A stretch of DNA of 34,329 nt from Thermotogota bacterium. GTDB lineage: Bacteria > Thermotogota > Thermotogae > Petrotogales > Kosmotogaceae. Below are positions 30,137 to 34,329 of this stretch, piece by piece. The notes below the pieces were generated by a model. The model had not been told where the DNA came from. It saw only the letters and a program-made list of their open reading frames with translations, and ran no database searches. Every line of letters begins with the position of its first letter. The stretch's first letter is position 1. The translations under genes were made by a program, and so were the position numbers. The stretch spans positions 1 to 34,329 of the forward strand of contig JAYEJL010000178.1 in assembly GCA_034660555.1 (NCBI GenBank). The letters run 5' to 3'.

Positions 30137-30874
30137 TTAATTTTCATTTCCTTTTTTTTCTTCAAGTGCTATTTTCATTTTTCTATATGCTTTTCTTGCT
30201 GCATCCTGTTCTGCACCTTTTTTCGTTTCCCCTTTTCCACAGGCTGCTTCTTCATCATTTATATTTACCGATACAATAAAAAAATTATCCGGTGGAATAC
30301 CTTCTTCCTTTTTTAAAACATAGTCAGGTCTTACACCATAAAGACCCTGTGTTAGTTCCTGGAGTGCGGTTTTGTAATCAAGCAGCAGTTGGCCTTTTAT
30401 AGCTCTTTCAATATATTCTTCCAAAATGTTATATACAAATTTTTTTGATTCAGTTAAACCATTGCTCAAATATATAGCGCCCAAGACAGCTTCCAGTGCA
30501 TCAGCCAGAATTGAGTCTCTTTCTCGACCACCACTCTTTTCTTCTCCTTTTCCCAAAAGCAGATAAGTGCCAATTTTCCGTTCTTTAGACACTCTGGCTA
30601 ATATCTCTTCACTTGCTACTATGGCTCTAACTTTAGACATTATTCCTTCACTCACTGAGTATCTATTGAAGAGAATATCAGCCACACAAAGATCAAGAAC
30701 GGCATCACCAAGAAATTCCAGCCTTTCATTGGATTCAAGACTCTCTCTGTCTTCTCTCTCAATTTCATTGGTGAAAGAAGAATGGCAAAGGGCTTTAAAA
30801 AGTAATTCTGAATCGATTTCTACTCCAATATCTCGTCTAAACCTCTGGATTGTTTTTTTGTACTGCTCGATCAT
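30137..30874 (-). CDS. rnc: Ribonuclease III
   Basis: NERLEFLGDAVL, ADALEAVLGAIYL, C-terminal dsRBD (DYKTALQE..KKGAEQDAA). Confidence 0.97.
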   Translation of the reverse strand: MIEQYKKTIQRFRRDIGVEIDSELLFKALCHSSFTNEIEREDRESLESNERLEFLGDAVLDLCVADILFNRYSVSEGIMSKVRAIVASEEILARVSKERKIGTYLLLGKGEEKSGGRERDSILADALEAVLGAIYLSNGLTESKKFVYNILEEYIERAIKGQLLLDYKTALQELTQGLYGVRPDYVLKKEEGIPPDNFFIVSVNINDEEAACGKGETKKGAEQDAARKAYRKMKIALEEKKGNEN

Positions 30875-32754
30875 TTTAAAATATTCTCCACCGTTTTTGA
30901 GATGGATTTCGAATCTATTCCAGCAAGTTCGTACAGTTTATCTCTTGAACCTGAATAGAAGTACCTATCGAGGCCAAGCTTTTTGAATGTTACTGGTTTT
31001 GTTCCGGTAGTTAGAAGGTAATCAGACGCTATTACACCCAGTCCACTGTTCACATTGTGATCTTCAATTGTTATCAAATTTCCTTTAAGATAATCCTTAA
31101 ATTTATCGAAATTTGCATGTAGAGGACAGCTTACGTTTAAAACCGTAACTTCTATGCCAATTTCCTTCAATAACTCATGTGCTTTTACTGCTTCATTTGT
31201 TGCCTGACCTGTGGAAATAAGTGTTGCGTCTTTTCCCTTGCGAATAAGGTCGATCTCACCGTATTCGAAACTGTAATCGCTGCCAAAGAAAGGTTCACCG
31301 TTTTCTTTTGTGATTGGGTTCAGTTTGGATCTTCCTACAGCAATGACAAAATTTCCGTGTTCTTTAGCACAATATCGGACAGCGCTATCGGTTTGATTTG
31401 GATCAGCGGGAACAATTAATTTGAAACCATAAAAGTTCCTGAGTGCACCGATGTAGTCAACACAATGGTGCGTTTTTCCGTCTTCTCCGACGTCTATTCC
31501 CACGTGCGTAACACCAACTTTTAGATTGCATTTATTAATATCATTCAACCGTTGTTGATTGTAGGTTTCATCAATGCCAAACACTCCAAAATCACCGAAA
31601 AATGTTAATAAACCAGAAATGGACATTGCACCGGCAACAGTTGCTGCATTATGTTCCTGCACACCGATCTGAATAAAACTCTCAGGGAAATCCTTTTTAA
31701 AATAATTGGTTTTTGTTGAAGGCTTCAAATCACAGTCGATAACAGCCATTTTATTTTTGTTCAATCTACCTAAATCAGCAACAGCTTTACCAAATGCGGT
31801 TCGATTGTCAAGTTTCTCATCAGGTTTATATATTGTAGGTTTGCCTGTTTCTACTTCGTAGGTATCTTTTGGTATATCTACGTCTTCATGGATATCAGGT
31901 AGTTCTTTTCGTTTTTTCTTATATTTTTCAATATCATTTTCTTCATTCAGTTCCTTCAGAGCTTTTTTGCATTGTTCTTCATCAAGAGATTTTCCATGGT
32001 AAGTAACGTCGTTTTCCATGAAAGATACACCTTTTCCCATAACGGTTTTTGCTAATATGGCTATGGGACCCTCTTTATAGTTTATGGCTTCTTCTATAGC
32101 ATTATCAAGCTCTTCGTAGTTGTGTCCATCAATTTCAATAGTTTTCCATCCATCTGCTTCATAGGTTTCCTTTATATTGACCTTCATTACATCACTGGCT
32201 TTACCTGTTATCTGAGCATCATTATAATCAACAATTGCAACAATATTATTGAGTCTGTACTTTATTGCAGTTCTCCTGGCTTCAGCGACCTGTCCTTTAG
32301 CCTGTTCAGCATCTCCCATTGCCACAAATACGTTATAATCTGATTTTTTTAGCTTGGCAGCCAGAGCCATTCCTGCACCAGCGGAAAGTCCCTGCCCAAG
32401 ATTACCGGTGCTCCATTCTATTCCTGGTATTCCTCTCGTTATATGTCCTTCAAATATGGTTCCCGGATGTCTGAAACCCGTTATAGCTTCTTCAATATCA
32501 AAAAAGCCCAATCTTCCAAGAACAGAGTAAACTCCAGGTGATGTATGCCCGTGACTCACTACGATTCTATCTCTTTCTGGATTAAAGGGGTTCTCAGGAG
32601 AAATATTTGCATGATTGTAAATCGAAAGATAAATATCTACCGATGACATTGAACCCCCAGGATGTCCTGAAGAAGCCACTGTTGTCATTTTTAAAATATC
32701 ACTTCTACATGTATTACCAAGTCGCTTTAACTCTTCGAGTGAATACTTTCTCAT
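30871..32754 (-). CDS. tkt: Transketolase (single chain)
   Basis: SGHPGGSMS, SHGH, STGNLGQG, GDAE..N TPP motif, GEDGKTH, IEDH. Confidence 0.9.
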   Translation of the reverse strand: MRKYSLEELKRLGNTCRSDILKMTTVASSGHPGGSMSSVDIYLSIYNHANISPENPFNPERDRIVVSHGHTSPGVYSVLGRLGFFDIEEAITGFRHPGTIFEGHITRGIPGIEWSTGNLGQGLSAGAGMALAAKLKKSDYNVFVAMGDAEQAKGQVAEARRTAIKYRLNNIVAIVDYNDAQITGKASDVMKVNIKETYEADGWKTIEIDGHNYEELDNAIEEAINYKEGPIAILAKTVMGKGVSFMENDVTYHGKSLDEEQCKKALKELNEENDIEKYKKKRKELPDIHEDVDIPKDTYEVETGKPTIYKPDEKLDNRTAFGKAVADLGRLNKNKMAVIDCDLKPSTKTNYFKKDFPESFIQIGVQEHNAATVAGAMSISGLLTFFGDFGVFGIDETYNQQRLNDINKCNLKVGVTHVGIDVGEDGKTHHCVDYIGALRNFYGFKLIVPADPNQTDSAVRYCAKEHGNFVIAVGRSKLNPITKENGEPFFGSDYSFEYGEIDLIRKGKDATLISTGQATNEAVKAHELLKEIGIEVTVLNVSCPLHANFDKFKDYLKGNLITIEDHNVNSGLGVIASDYLLTTGTKPVTFKKLGLDRYFYSGSRDKLYELAGIDSKSISKTVENILK

Positions 32755-32769
32755 CGTTATACCTCCTCA

Positions 32770-33615
32770 TCAATACTGTTCTTCATCGTTTTCTTTTTCC
32801 CAGCTCTTGTTTTGATTTTTCCTGAATTCTTCAAAGGGCAGTTTTAAGGTTTGACCTTCATCCGTGACCAGGTTTATCATTTTCAGAAAAATATTAACTG
32901 TAAGCACCTTACATGTTTTCCCATTGTATTCGATTACTGATCCTTCATCAGGAATATTTTCAAGCTCCTCGTTATATAAATCCTGTTCATAAGCCAGACA
33001 GCATAGCAACCTACCACATCTTCCTGAAATCTTTGCTGGGTTAATCAGTAGCTGCTGTTTTTTAGCGTGTTTAAGTGTTATACTTTGAAATCCTCTTAGA
33101 AATCGTGTACAACAAGCCACCTGGCCGCATAAACCAAGATTGCCTTTCATCTTGACTTCGTCACGTATACCAACCTGACGAAGCTCTATTCGTGTTTTGA
33201 AGATACGTGCAAGATCCTTAACCAGATCACGGAAATCCACTCTGCTGTCTGCTCCAAAGTAAAAAACGATACGTGAACGATCAAACATGTATCTTGCTTC
33301 CAGCAGGCGCATGGGTAAATTATGTTCCTTAATTCTTTCTTCGCAGGTTTTGAAAGCTTCTTTTGAATCTTCGATATTTTTTTCGTGGTTTTTCCAGTCT
33401 TCCTGTGTCATTTTTCGGACTATGGGCTGAATATCTATGTTATCAATGCGTTGTTTCTCAGGTCCTTTCTGAACCTTGCCTACATCGAGGCCGAATTCAT
33501 TGTAGGCAAGTACATAATCCCCTCTGTCGATGGGAAATTCTCCAGTGGAATACTTATGTAGTTCTCCCCCTGGACGAAATTCTATATAACAAACGTTACC
33601 ATATATTTCAGGCAT
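32770..33615 (-). CDS. PSP1-domain protein (RicT/YaaT family)
   Basis: RVDFRDLVKDLA..FKTRIELRQVG.RDE, GLCGQVACC, KISGRCGRLLCCL. Confidence 0.92.
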   Translation of the reverse strand: MPEIYGNVCYIEFRPGGELHKYSTGEFPIDRGDYVLAYNEFGLDVGKVQKGPEKQRIDNIDIQPIVRKMTQEDWKNHEKNIEDSKEAFKTCEERIKEHNLPMRLLEARYMFDRSRIVFYFGADSRVDFRDLVKDLARIFKTRIELRQVGIRDEVKMKGNLGLCGQVACCTRFLRGFQSITLKHAKKQQLLINPAKISGRCGRLLCCLAYEQDLYNEELENIPDEGSVIEYNGKTCKVLTVNIFLKMINLVTDEGQTLKLPFEEFRKNQNKSWEKENDEEQY

Positions 33616-34329
33616 AATTTCCCTCCTTAAACGATTTATTTTTTGAAATCAGATTACTATGTGCAATGTACAAAATCTTGAAAAGTACCAGATCACTATT
33701 CAATGATCTTACCTTTAACCGACTTATCTTATCGCACCAATTAAAATCTTCAGGCCTTATTTGTTTTGTATCTCTAGAGATAAACCATTCGATGAGATCG
33801 AGATTAAAAACTCTGTGCCATTGCTTACTGTTGTTTATTATCAAAGCATCGCGTAACATACTTTTTATAACCTTTGAGAAAATGCCATACAAATAGAATG
33901 GATTTTCAGAACTGGTTATTTTACCCTTTAGTTCATTATATTTTTCAAAAAAAGTTGGCTCAATATTGTCTGCAACAGTTCTAATTATAAAGGCAATAAT
34001 TTTTCTTTTTTTAAGTTTTGATAATGGTTCATATTCATTCGTATTGACCAACTCATCCAACAAATAACTCCAGCGAAGATTTTCAATTTCCTGCAGTGAC
34101 TCTATCTCGCTTGATAGATCGTTTTCGAGTGAATACTTAAGTAATGAATAATCTTCATTGCAAGCGGCGTATATATGTTTCACATTATTTCTGTATTGCT
34201 TTTTTAATTCTTCTAGCAAGTATAAAGGATAAGGCACTTCAAATATCATGGTGCGACTTCTTATAGTTGTAATCACACTGTTCCATGATGTTGAAGTCAT
34301 TATAATTGATGTATTATATTGTGTTTCTT
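33608..34329 (-). CDS. holB: 3' part of a probable DNA polymerase III delta' subunit (gene begins beyond the window)
   Basis: Frame stays open to the window edge: ETQYNTSIIMTSTSWNSVITTIRSRT resembles the delta' EEP...LLPTIRSR segment. Position upstream of PSP1/yaaT matches the known holB-yaaT order. Confidence 0.65.
   Translation of the reverse strand, partial: ETQYNTSIIMTSTSWNSVITTIRSRTMIFEVPYPLYLLEELKKQYRNNVKHIYAACNEDYSLLKYSLENDLSSEIESLQEIENLRWSYLLDELVNTNEYEPLSKLKKRKIIAFIIRTVADNIEPTFFEKYNELKGKITSSENPFYLYGIFSKVIKSMLRDALIINNSKQWHRVFNLDLIEWFISRDTKQIRPEDFNWCDKISRLKVRSLNSDLVLFKILYIAHSNLISKNKSFKEGNYA

Noticed and set aside
15..33896. Numerous short antisense or alternative-frame ORFs in the track (e.g. 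15-275, 3735-4160, 13980-14375, 17274-17666, 22847-23542, 30567-30986)
   Set aside because: They shadow well-supported genes and show no recognisable motifs
1..34329. CRISPR arrays, tRNA/rRNA genes, IS elements, prophage or defence systems
   Set aside because: No spaced repeats, cloverleaf-like sequences, transposase/integrase or defence-type ORFs were seen; intergenic gaps are at most about 300 bp and AT-rich

Overview
Mostly housekeeping chromosomal DNA from an AT-rich anaerobic bacterium. Gene content and order (dnaK-hsp20 without grpE/dnaJ, ruvC-polC, NfnAB, Gram-positive-type DnaK) suggest Thermotogota; this is inference only. Contents in order: phoH, two DegV genes flanking a sigma54-type activator and nfnAB, a minimal SufCB (SMS-like) pair, an AT-rich glycolipid-synthesis block (two GT4s, a flippase-like protein, a CugP-like nucleotidyltransferase), a stand-alone PolX N-terminal module, dnaK-hsp20-clp, a Pit phosphate transporter pair, and a minus-strand replication cluster (holB-PSP1-tkt-rnc, ruvC-polC). 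Best lead: the 352-aa ORF 6 bp downstream of polC aligns by eye over its whole length with the beta sliding clamp (DnaN) but lacks the canonical peptide-pocket motifs, so it may be a divergent second clamp coupled to polC. Also notable: five frameshifts in four consecutive genes at 10.3-12.5 kb (one hides a desulforedoxin missing from the ORF track), a ClpC-shaped Hsp100 without the ClpP-docking loop, and a terminator abutting that gene's RBS. No tRNA, rRNA, CRISPR array or IS element was seen. All family calls come from motif recognition; no database search was run.
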